In this document: positions 44,901-53,239 of the stretch, piece after piece
Numbering within the stretch: the first letter of the stretch is position 1
Layout of the letters: the number at the start of each line of letters is the position of its first letter
Assembly (NCBI GenBank): GCA_038045825.1
Contig: JBBSXJ010000001.1
Span: forward strand, 6,281-70,280
Length of the DNA stretch: 64,000 nt
DNA from: Nanobdellota archaeon
Lineage (GTDB): Archaea > Nanobdellota > Nanobdellia > Pacearchaeales > GW2011-AR1
Reading direction: 5' to 3'
Notes under the pieces: model-generated
Seen by the model: only the letters and a program-made list of their open reading frames with translations
The model's database searches: none
What the model was told of the DNA's origin: nothing
Position numbers and translations under genes: made by a program

Positions 44901-45536
44901 TTAACAATTTATTCCTCTACCAGATGAAAAAACAAGAGTTGGGGGATTATTTAGGAAAGAGGCAATTTCAATTTTAGATTTACCTACATAATAAGATAAA
45001 TCTAAATAATGTCCTGCTTTTTCTGCCAAATCAAATAGTTCTTTAACGAACATCCTATCAAAACCGGCACGAATGGCTCGATAACCGCTTGTTTCTTTAG
45101 GAGGGAGTGTAATCTTTTTTAAATCTTCAAATTTTATTCTTGAGCTAAGATGAATCAAAATATCTCTAGCTAGTATAATTTTTCCTTTATCTAATTTACA
45201 TTCTTCTACTGAAATTCTTGCAAAGCCATCTCTATCATACTGGTATCTATTATTGTGATCATACTCTCTATCTAAATGAGATGGAAACAAGTCATCTGCC
45301 ATGGCAGAAGCAATTTCTGAGCTTCTAAAATTTTTTAAAAAGGCTGTCTTATTTCCATAGAAAAATAAATCACCTTCATTTTGCGAATAAGTTATAACTT
45401 GATCTGCTACTGAAAAATCTGCACAAATTCCTTCTATTTTATTGGCTCCCCTTGCACCTCTCATTCTTACGACTCCATAAAAACCATCATCTTTCGGAAC
45501 TGCTCTTAGTTGTGCAATTATTCTTTGTTCTACCAT
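44901..45536 (-). CDS. hypothetical protein, tandem paralogue 1
   Basis: See the 44169 ORF. The two proteins are colinear along their length. Confidence 0.55.
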   Translation of the reverse strand: MVEQRIIAQLRAVPKDDGFYGVVRMRGARGANKIEGICADFSVADQVITYSQNEGDLFFYGNKTAFLKNFRSSEIASAMADDLFPSHLDREYDHNNRYQYDRDGFARISVEECKLDKGKIILARDILIHLSSRIKFEDLKKITLPPKETSGYRAIRAGFDRMFVKELFDLAEKAGHYLDLSYYVGKSKIEIASFLNNPPTLVFSSGRGINC

Positions 45537-45575
45537 GAAAATAGACCAATAATTTCATTTATAAAAGTAATTGAT

Positions 45576-46958
45576 TTAAATGCTGCATTTATAGACATTT
45601 AATGTATCTGATTCTTCTAATAATAAACAATCTTTCTTCATTGCTTCTAGCGGTGCTCTTTGATTAGGACCGAGCTTAGAATATCCGAAAAAGTCTTCTA
45701 GAAATATAAAGTTTTTAGTTTGATTATTCCAGACTTCTGCTCCTGTGTATATATCAGCTCCATTGTATAAAGCATATCCGCTTTCTAATCCATTTAATGA
45801 AAATGGTATAATGTAGTCTGGTTTCTTAAGATACCATTCTACACCTGGACTTGATAGGGTTACCAAAGTATTATTCATAATCAAAGTCTTAGTTGATTCA
45901 CTTAAAGACTTGTAATCTATTACTGGTTCTGTTGCTGAATAAGGGCTTATTACTTGGGGTTTAACTACAGTTAGATAATTAGAATCAAAAAATAAGTTGG
46001 AAGGATAGATTATTGCTAATGCAATGATAAGAACACCAATTACCTTATTGCTTTCATATAAATAAGATAATAATGAAGCTAGAAATATTATTACTGAAAG
46101 AATTACAAAATAAGCATAGCGTAAAGCAAATACTTTAACAAAAAATAAACCTGTAAGCAATATTACTGAAGGCAAAAGTAAAAGATAAAACATTCTTTTA
46201 TTCTTTTTATATGTAAATGGAATTCCAAGTAAAGAAATTATGAAGAAAGCTCTTAGACTCTTGAAAAGCTGGGAAGTGTATTCTTCAGCGTATTCGCTTC
46301 CTGTAGATATTGTTGCTCCAATTCCTAAGAAAGATAAACCAAAGTAAGCTCCCACTAAAATTGGAATAATGAAAAGTTTCCAATCTTTATGCTCTCGGAA
46401 AAACATAAATAAGAAGAAAGGAATCAGAACTAACCCTGCTATCTGCGTTTGAACTAAAACGATCAAAGAAATGGAAGCAAGCCAAGCATATTTCTTGCTT
46501 TTTTTGGATTTATACAATAAGTATAGTGTTAGGAAAAATAAAAACTGAAATGCTTGATAAAACCTGGCCTGGCGAGAATAAACTATCTCAAGAAATAGAA
46601 AACAGGTAAATAAAGCAGCAATAACTCCTGTGCTTTTATTGAACTCCTTTCCTATAAAGAAAGCTAGCAGGATAGTTGCAAGACCAAAGAGCACACTTAC
46701 AAATCTAACAGCAAAATCTGCAGAACCAAAAATTAAAATAAACAACCCTTGTAAATAATGAAAAACCAAAGCCCTGGAATAAAAAAGCCCTGAATCAAAG
46801 ATAGGGATTCCTTTAGTGGCAATGTTTTCGGCAGCTATGGAAGAAATTGTTTCATCAAACCATAATGGGCTCGAGCCTAAAGAATAAACTCTCAAAACTA
46901 AACCAAAGATGAGAATTAAAGCAAGTATACTAAATACTATCTTGTTATTTTTATCCAT
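45576..46958 (-). CDS. GT-C-type membrane glycosyltransferase (ArnT/PMT family 39-like)
   Basis: It has ~11 TM helices, the N-terminal loop 'LWFDETISS' (DE motif) and a C-terminal soluble domain. Confidence 0.65.
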   Translation of the reverse strand: MDKNNKIVFSILALILIFGLVLRVYSLGSSPLWFDETISSIAAENIATKGIPIFDSGLFYSRALVFHYLQGLFILIFGSADFAVRFVSVLFGLATILLAFFIGKEFNKSTGVIAALFTCFLFLEIVYSRQARFYQAFQFLFFLTLYLLYKSKKSKKYAWLASISLIVLVQTQIAGLVLIPFFLFMFFREHKDWKLFIIPILVGAYFGLSFLGIGATISTGSEYAEEYTSQLFKSLRAFFIISLLGIPFTYKKNKRMFYLLLLPSVILLTGLFFVKVFALRYAYFVILSVIIFLASLLSYLYESNKVIGVLIIALAIIYPSNLFFDSNYLTVVKPQVISPYSATEPVIDYKSLSESTKTLIMNNTLVTLSSPGVEWYLKKPDYIIPFSLNGLESGYALYNGADIYTGAEVWNNQTKNFIFLEDFFGYSKLGPNQRAPLEAMKKDCLLLEESDTLNVYKCSI

Positions 46959-47130
46959 ATTATTAGCAGAAACTTAGATTAGTTAAAACTTAGTTATGTC
47001 AAAGTGTTTGTTTAAAACAACATCCTTTAGGGTGTGAACACTTTCAGCATAAGAATTTTGTTAGCATCCAAAAAACTAAACAAACTCCACATTTAAGTGT
47101 GGGGTAAACTCAAAGTCTTTTTGATCTTAA

Positions 47131-47787
47131 TTGATTAAACAAAAGATTTATATAGGAACAGTTAGTTCCGTTATAGGAACTATTAGTTCATATAAGATGA
47201 CATCTTTAACAGACAAAGAAAGTGAGATATTAATTAAATTATTTAAGAATTTTAGTACGAACTATAATGCAAATTCAATATCTAAAGAAGTTGGTCTTAG
47301 TCCGAGAGGATCTTTAAAAATATTAAAACGTTTAGAAAAAAATGGAATATTAGCAGGTAAAAAACTAGGGAAAGCTGTATTTTACAAATTAAACCTGCAA
47401 GATTTATATGCAAGTAAAATAATGGAAACGACCTTAATCAAAGAAACGAGAACTAAGGCTATGAGGTGGATTGATGAATTTAAAGAAATATTTGATTATA
47501 CTGATATAGTTCTAATTTTTGGGTCAGTTATAAAAAATCCAAAACATGCTAGCGATATAGATGTTCTTTTCGTTTATAAAAAGAAAAATTATAAGATTGT
47601 TTCCAACTTTATTTTAGCCAAAAACAAAATACTGTTTAAAAAAATACATGATATACCTCAAACTATCCAAGATCTAAAAGAGAACCTTAAAGATAACCCA
47701 GCTATTATAGATGCAATAAAAAATGGTTATGTCTTGCATGGTTATGATAAAATTGTTGAGGTAATAAAAAATGTCACAATCTTCTAA
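47131..47787 (+). CDS. wHTH + nucleotidyltransferase (MNT-like) fusion protein
   Basis: The likely start is the ATG at 47197. wHTH: 'ANSISKEVGLSPRGSLKILKRLEKNGIL'. NTase: 'LIFGSVIKNPKHASDIDVLFV'. Confidence 0.7.
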   Translation: MIKQKIYIGTVSSVIGTISSYKMTSLTDKESEILIKLFKNFSTNYNANSISKEVGLSPRGSLKILKRLEKNGILAGKKLGKAVFYKLNLQDLYASKIMETTLIKETRTKAMRWIDEFKEIFDYTDIVLIFGSVIKNPKHASDIDVLFVYKKKNYKIVSNFILAKNKILFKKIHDIPQTIQDLKENLKDNPAIIDAIKNGYVLHGYDKIVEVIKNVTIF

Positions 47788-48307
47788 ACATGTAGGATGG
47801 TGTTTAAATAAAGCTAAGAAAGAACTAGAAGAATGTAAAAAATTGGGAAAGAGAGCAAAACATAGAGGCTTAGTTAAATCTAAACCTGACAAGCAAGAAT
47901 CGAAAAATCATTTGAAAAAGGCTGAAGAAAATTTAGAATTTGCCATCCAGCTAGATAAAAATAAATATGGTTATAAGATTATAGAATCTTTATTTTACTG
48001 CATATATCAATGTTTTCTCTCTATTGTAGCTAAATTTGGTTATGAATCTGCAAACCAAACATGCACAATAAGTTTAGTTGAATATTTAAAAGAAGATGGC
48101 AAAATAGATTTGGATCAGAAATTTATTGAAATGATGAAATATAAAGATGAACAGAAAGAAGACATGTATAGCATTATTGAAATGAGAGAAGATTATACTT
48201 ATAGTTCTAAAGTCTCTGTAGAAGAAGAAAAGATTGAAGAATTAGTAACTACTTGTAAAGAGCTTTTGGAAAAAACTAAAGAAATCATATATTTAGAAGA
48301 ACAATGA
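47771..48307 (+). CDS. HEPN-like partner protein (tentative)
   Basis: It is helical, overlaps the 3' end of the NTase gene and occupies the usual partner position. I did not see a clear Rx4-6H motif. Confidence 0.4.
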   Translation: MSQSSKHVGWCLNKAKKELEECKKLGKRAKHRGLVKSKPDKQESKNHLKKAEENLEFAIQLDKNKYGYKIIESLFYCIYQCFLSIVAKFGYESANQTCTISLVEYLKEDGKIDLDQKFIEMMKYKDEQKEDMYSIIEMREDYTYSSKVSVEEEKIEELVTTCKELLEKTKEIIYLEEQ

Positions 48308-48406
48308 TATTTAGGACAAATAAGGTATCTAAAATTAAGATAAAATAATCAAATTTATTATATACAAACACTTAAAATGGGTCTGGCATTGAGGATTTAA
48401 TATAAA

Positions 48407-48547
48407 ATGGCAAAAAAATATGGATATAAGTGTGAATATAAATTTAAAGAAATTAAATTTAACAAAGAGGATATTTCTAATAAGACATCTATGGCTAATG
48501 TAGAAAAAAGAATTGCAGACTTAAATGAACAGATAAACAATAAGTAA
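48407..48547 (+). CDS. small ORF (46 aa), hypothetical
   Basis: My own reading gives 'MAKKYGYKCEYKFKEIKFNKEDISNKTSMANVEKRIADLNEQINNK'. Confidence 0.2.
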   Translation: MAKKYGYKCEYKFKEIKFNKEDISNKTSMANVEKRIADLNEQINNK

Positions 48548-48575
48548 TGCTAATAGAACTATTCAATAATAGCGC

Positions 48576-48902
48576 TTATTTGTAAATTCTTCCTCTTTTA
48601 TCAAAGACCCTTACAAATAAAATCTTTCTTTTAAAATCTATATCTATTAACATCCTATAGTCTCCTATTCTTAATTTATAATCTTCACCTTCAAAATGTT
48701 CTAGAAACCTAAATGGATCCAAAACAATTTCATTAAATCAAAAAATCGATGCACTTTTGATTTGTGCTCGATTTTTGGATGATTGAAGTTTCGATTTTGT
48801 GAGAAACTATCAACATTTAGATTTAATTCTTTCTTGGATATCTTTAGGAAGATTTCTGAAAAATTTAGTAGCCTGGTTTGAGAATTTTACAGAGTAACTC
48901 AT
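48576..48902 (-). pseudogene. relE: RelE/ParE-family toxin gene disrupted by repeat-element copy B
   Basis: 5' part: 'MSYSVKFSNQATKFFRNLPKDIQERIKSK'. 3' part: 'FNEIVLDPFRFLEHFEGEDYKLRIGDYRMLIDIDFKRKILFVRVFDKRGRIYK*'. Deleting 48740-48817 joins them in frame. Confidence 0.75.
48740..48817 (+). mobile_element. miniature hairpin repeat element, copy B (78 bp)
   Basis: 'caaaaaatcgatgcac-ttttgattt-gtgctcgatttttggatgattgaagtttcgattttgtgagaaactatcaacat'. It lies inside the RelE ORF. Confidence 0.75.
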
Positions 48903-49072
48903 AAATTCTCTAAATCTGTGTAAGAGGATTCAGGGTCTTTTCGAGCTTTTGCTAATTCTTTTTTAGCCCATTCTGTAAGCTTTCCTTCAGACATTAGCAT
49001 ATATTTTATTAGAGCAATATCTCTCTTTAGGGATAAAATATCATCATGCAGATGTTTTGCATTAACTTCCAT
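48899..49072 (-). CDS. antitoxin of the RelE module (57 aa)
   Basis: My own reading gives 'MEVNAKHLHDDILSLKRDIALIKYMLMSEGKLTEWAKKELAKARKDPESSYTDLENL'. There is an ATGA overlap with the relE start. Confidence 0.55.
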   Translation of the reverse strand: MEVNAKHLHDDILSLKRDIALIKYMLMSEGKLTEWAKKELAKARKDPESSYTDLENL

Positions 49073-49181
49073 ATATTTCTTACATTAATCTAACTTTTAT
49101 AGTTTTCCATTGCCTATTAGAACTACTCGGTAATCTATACAAATCCTTAAAAAACCGTATTAGAAAGTAATTTAATCTAAA

Positions 49182-50342
49182 ATGGACGATAACTCTAGAA
49201 GAAGGCAGGAAGATTGGGAGAGAAGTTTAGCGGCTTGGAAATCTAAACAAAATAAAGAGAGTAGTGTACCACATCATCAACCAAAACCAGTATCGACACC
49301 CAGCCAAGATCAGTATTCTTCAAAAGCATTTAACAAATTTCTAATCTTTTTGGCTTTTGCAATTCCTCTAGCACTTTTAGGTTATGCGTTATATATCAAT
49401 TACCTACCATTTGGCTATGAGAAAAGCTATGAATTAACAGTTGACGAAAATGGGGTTATCTCACCATTGTCAAATGAAATTTACTTGACAACACCCCAAG
49501 GAAGAAAACTCTTATCATTGCCTGAAGGTGTGCAGGGACAAGTTAACTTAGTTATTGATCCAAAAGTAGTTCTGAAGAATTCAACTATAAATGTTTCAAT
49601 TGAAGGAGATAATGTATACCTAGCGCCTCTATTGAGCTTGGATTTAGATAGTATGGAATGGGATCACAACTGGGATTTCAGTCAAAATATCCCAGAAGAA
49701 TTTGAAGGCACAGCAGAATATAATGAAGAAGAAGCATGCACACACTTTAATGCCTATAATGAGCAAACCTTAAACTTGCCCAATTCAGAAGACATGTTTG
49801 AATCAGGGCCAATGAGCATTTATGTAAAGTGGAAGCCTAGTTATGTAAGTCAGAAATTAGGAAATAATCAACAGTTAGCAGGACATTTTAACTGGGAAAT
49901 ATGGCAAAACGAAAAGAGTGTTCAGTTTAGAGTTGGTAGAATGAATGACGCTAATGGCTCGATGCATTCAATAAGTTATCCAATTGATCTAGAATTTTTT
50001 GGAAAAGAACATGAAGCCTTAGCAGTTTATTCTCCAAGTGAAGATGGTAATGGATATATTGAATTATGGATAGATAAAAATTTAGCAGGAAGAGCATTAA
50101 TTGGGAGCGATGTTATCTATCCAGATTATAATTTTAATATCTCGTTAAATTTTGGTTGGAGTTCACATAACAATGGAAATAATCCTTATTATGATGGTTG
50201 TTTATATGAAGTTAAGGTAACCGATATAGCATTGAAAGAAGAGAGAAACCAATTTGAAATAAATGGAATTAATGGAAAAATGGTTATCCCAGTCATAGGA
50301 AACGGGAACTTAAAAGTTCTAAAGGCTATAATTTCACAATGA
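49182..50342 (+). CDS. membrane-anchored LamG/concanavalin-like domain protein
   Basis: It has an N-terminal cytoplasmic segment and the TM 'FLIFLAFAIPLALLGYALYI'. The C-terminal 'YIELWIDKNLAGR...DGCLYEVKVTD' resembles LamG-type lectin folds. Confidence 0.5.
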   Translation: MDDNSRRRQEDWERSLAAWKSKQNKESSVPHHQPKPVSTPSQDQYSSKAFNKFLIFLAFAIPLALLGYALYINYLPFGYEKSYELTVDENGVISPLSNEIYLTTPQGRKLLSLPEGVQGQVNLVIDPKVVLKNSTINVSIEGDNVYLAPLLSLDLDSMEWDHNWDFSQNIPEEFEGTAEYNEEEACTHFNAYNEQTLNLPNSEDMFESGPMSIYVKWKPSYVSQKLGNNQQLAGHFNWEIWQNEKSVQFRVGRMNDANGSMHSISYPIDLEFFGKEHEALAVYSPSEDGNGYIELWIDKNLAGRALIGSDVIYPDYNFNISLNFGWSSHNNGNNPYYDGCLYEVKVTDIALKEERNQFEINGINGKMVIPVIGNGNLKVLKAIISQ

Positions 50343-50378
50343 ATAAAAATTATATAATCTAAGATTATTAGATATCTG

Positions 50379-50672
50379 ATGAATATCATTCTTGAAGTGA
50401 TTGAAAAAACAGGCAAGAATCTTCTCTTAACTTCTGAGCGTTGGGCTCATATTAGAAAAGATCACCCTGAAGTAGAATTAGAAGAAATTGAGAGAGCGCT
50501 CATAAAACCAATAAACCTAATTAAAATAAATGATGAGAAATATTATTATTTTCATTACTTTAAACATAAAAAGATTTCAAATAAATTATTAAGAGTGATA
50601 GTTAAATATAAAAGCAATAAATGGTTGATAATGACTGCTCACTTTGTGCATAAAATGCATCAAAATGAATAA
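50379..50672 (+). CDS. small putative toxin-like protein
   Basis: 'LTSERWAHIRKDHPEV...LLRVIVKYKSNKWLIMTAHF'. It lies upstream of the DUF2283-like genes. Confidence 0.45.
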   Translation: MNIILEVIEKTGKNLLLTSERWAHIRKDHPEVELEEIERALIKPINLIKINDEKYYYFHYFKHKKISNKLLRVIVKYKSNKWLIMTAHFVHKMHQNE

Positions 50673-50898
50673 AGGAATGAGAATATATTATGATCAGGAA
50701 TTAGATTATCTTACGATTTTTGTAGGTGAGCCTAGATTAAACTATGGAGAAGATATTTCGGAGGGAGTTACGATTTTCAAAGATCAAAATAGTAATGAAA
50801 TTATAGGAATAGGGATTCAGGAATTCAAAGAAAAAACCAATTCGTTGAATGAGATCGAATTGAAACTACCATTTAAGATAAGTTTTTTCCAGAACTAA
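50644..50898 (+). CDS. DUF2283-like protein
   Basis: 'MRIYYDQELDYLTIFVGEP...EGVTIFKDQNSNEIIGIGIQEFKEK'. Confidence 0.65.
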   Translation: MCIKCIKMNKGMRIYYDQELDYLTIFVGEPRLNYGEDISEGVTIFKDQNSNEIIGIGIQEFKEKTNSLNEIELKLPFKISFFQN

Positions 50899-50927
50899 CG
50901 AAAATAAAATGAAAGAAAATAAAACAT

Positions 50928-51164
50928 ATGATATATATATATTATGATGAAGAAGCGGACTTCTTAGAGGTGTCTTTCGAAGAACCTGCGAAATCAGGAA
51001 CCACAGAAGAGATAGAAGAAGGAGTTTTCGTAACAAGAGATATAGATTCTCAAAGAGTTTCTAATGTTGGAATTTTATCATTTAAGAAAAGAGTTGAACT
51101 TCTTAAAAGAGTATTAGCAACGCTTAACAAAAGACTGCCTATTGAAATAAGCATCTCTAAATAA
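50928..51164 (+). CDS. DUF2283-like protein (second copy)
   Basis: 'IYYDEEADFLEVSFEEP...EGVFVTRDIDSQRVSNVGILSFKKR'. Confidence 0.65.
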   Translation: MIYIYYDEEADFLEVSFEEPAKSGTTEEIEEGVFVTRDIDSQRVSNVGILSFKKRVELLKRVLATLNKRLPIEISISK

Positions 51165-51226
51165 TAAGTTATAAGTTCAATAAAACTTATACAAAGCATT
51201 AAAAAACATGATGTCGCCTATTTTTT

Positions 51227-53239
51227 ATGAACAAAGAGAATTTCTATAAAACAGGATACATCTTATCATTAAATCTTTCAATCATAGCAATTTTATTGAT
51301 GATATTGAGCTTAGTAGAAATTATTGATTTGGATATTTTTTTAAGTTATAAGTTGTTATCTGGTATTTTAATAGCCTCTTTAACACTGACTGTTTTCTAT
51401 AAACATAATTTAGATAGATCAAGAAATCAGTATATTTCATTCATAGAATCAATTTTGCAAACTTCACCTTATTTCTTTCTATCAATCCTAATGATTTTAG
51501 CAATTAATCAATTCCTGAAGTTTGAATTCATAATTCAGAGAAATTTTCATTTAATAGCATTAGGAATAGCTTTTGGATTTCTTGCATTTTATAAAAATAG
51601 AAACAAGATTGAACATGAATTAGAAGAAGAAAAACAAAGAGAAACTCAAACAGAAGAACAAAGATTGCATGATTTCCAGTATAAATTCCCAATAATAAAT
51701 AGAATTTGGGGAATAAGAACAATAATTAGATGGTTCTATGCTGAAGGATTATTTTATTCCCTAACAATTATTTTGACAATTATTATAGGAACATCACTTA
51801 TATTTTATAATTTAGGAGAAAGTAATTTTACAAATGATGAATTTGCAACGATGGAATCTGCATCTGGATTTTATTTTACAAGCACTTTCTGGAAATGGGA
51901 TTGGATTAGAGGGTTTTCCGGAGAATACACTAATTGTATAGCCCAAGATATATGGTGCCACTATACGCGAGCGGAGATTCATTCCTTACTTATAGCATCT
52001 ATCTACAAATTAATTGGAATATCTGAATTTTCTACACGTCTTGTTTCTGCAATATTTGGATTATTATTGTTAATAACTGCTTACCCCTTACTTAGAAAGT
52101 TTGGTTTTAATAAAAAAGTTTCTTTATTAGCTTTAATCTTAATTACTTTGAACCATAAAATCTTGGAATTTAGCAGATATGGTAGAATGTATGCTTTGAT
52201 GATCCCATTAGTCCTCTGGTTCATATTACTCACATATATTTTATTTAATAATGAGGTAGGTAAAAAAAGATTAATTTGGTTGACGGCTTTAACTTTATTT
52301 GTTTTATTATTACTTTACAATCTTCATTCTCAAAACCTAATAATTGTCTTGGTTTTAGGGGTGATATTTATGTCTCAAAAATTATCTAAAAAATCAAGCA
52401 CGTTTCTCAGAATATTATTAATTCTTATAGCTCTTTTTATTTTAGTAATATTTTTATCAAATGTTTTGTCTATTGTAGAGCCAGCATTTGAGTTTGTAAA
52501 TTTTGATCAAAGAATCTACAATTATAATTATGAATACATCAATTATATTTTTGATTATCCTTTGCCACAAATAGGTTTTATTATTTGTATGTCCTTTATT
52601 CTTACTAGAGTCTTTAGTCCTCACAAACTTGATTTAATAAGCAACTTAATAGCAATATTGATTTTTTCAGCAGCAGTCTTAATATTTTTAATAGATAGAT
52701 TTCCACATCCAGTATATAGCTCAACTTTACTCCCGCTATTAGCAATTATATTAGCTTTTTCAACAGATTACTTCAGCAAGATATTTGTCAGAAAGGCGTT
52801 TAAGTTATTTATATTTATAATAATTATAACTTGCGCAATTACCTCTTTAATAAACAGTTTTGGAGAGATATACGGATCTCAGAGTTTTTACTATGCAGAT
52901 TATGAGAAAGCCTATACCCCTCTAATTGAAAATTACCAACCTGAAGATTTCATAATAATGGGTTATAGTAGAAAATATTATCTTAAAGATTTGGAATATA
53001 ATGGTGGAGATATATTTGAACTTGGTCAAAAGGATTATTCCACGAATGTCGATAATAAATTTATGGAAATTTTAGAGACACATAAGAGTGGATGGATAAC
53101 ATGGGATAAGTTTTCTGAAGGAGATCTTAAATCTTCTATTAGAAATTACATCGAAAAAAACTTTAAACAATATTCTGGAGAAGGCTTAGATGATACAAGA
53201 GTAAATGTTTATTATTACAATAAATCACTCAGCGATTAA
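51227..53239 (+). CDS. large polytopic membrane protein, GT-C glycosyltransferase-like
   Basis: It has more than 12 TM helices, the loop 'FTNDEFATMESASGF' and a C-terminal soluble domain. It lies within the glycosylation cluster. Confidence 0.5.
   Translation: MNKENFYKTGYILSLNLSIIAILLMILSLVEIIDLDIFLSYKLLSGILIASLTLTVFYKHNLDRSRNQYISFIESILQTSPYFFLSILMILAINQFLKFEFIIQRNFHLIALGIAFGFLAFYKNRNKIEHELEEEKQRETQTEEQRLHDFQYKFPIINRIWGIRTIIRWFYAEGLFYSLTIILTIIIGTSLIFYNLGESNFTNDEFATMESASGFYFTSTFWKWDWIRGFSGEYTNCIAQDIWCHYTRAEIHSLLIASIYKLIGISEFSTRLVSAIFGLLLLITAYPLLRKFGFNKKVSLLALILITLNHKILEFSRYGRMYALMIPLVLWFILLTYILFNNEVGKKRLIWLTALTLFVLLLLYNLHSQNLIIVLVLGVIFMSQKLSKKSSTFLRILLILIALFILVIFLSNVLSIVEPAFEFVNFDQRIYNYNYEYINYIFDYPLPQIGFIICMSFILTRVFSPHKLDLISNLIAILIFSAAVLIFLIDRFPHPVYSSTLLPLLAIILAFSTDYFSKIFVRKAFKLFIFIIIITCAITSLINSFGEIYGSQSFYYADYEKAYTPLIENYQPEDFIIMGYSRKYYLKDLEYNGGDIFELGQKDYSTNVDNKFMEILETHKSGWITWDKFSEGDLKSSIRNYIEKNFKQYSGEGLDDTRVNVYYYNKSLSD

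Noticed and set aside
46959-47130. Possible tRNA or small RNA in the ORF-free gap (short hairpins ccaca-n6-tgtgg and caaagtgtt...aacactttc)
   Set aside because: There is no T-arm (GTTCRANYC) or acceptor-stem pairing, and no cloverleaf could be built. The hairpins are short and AT-rich. It is probably just the divergent promoter region.
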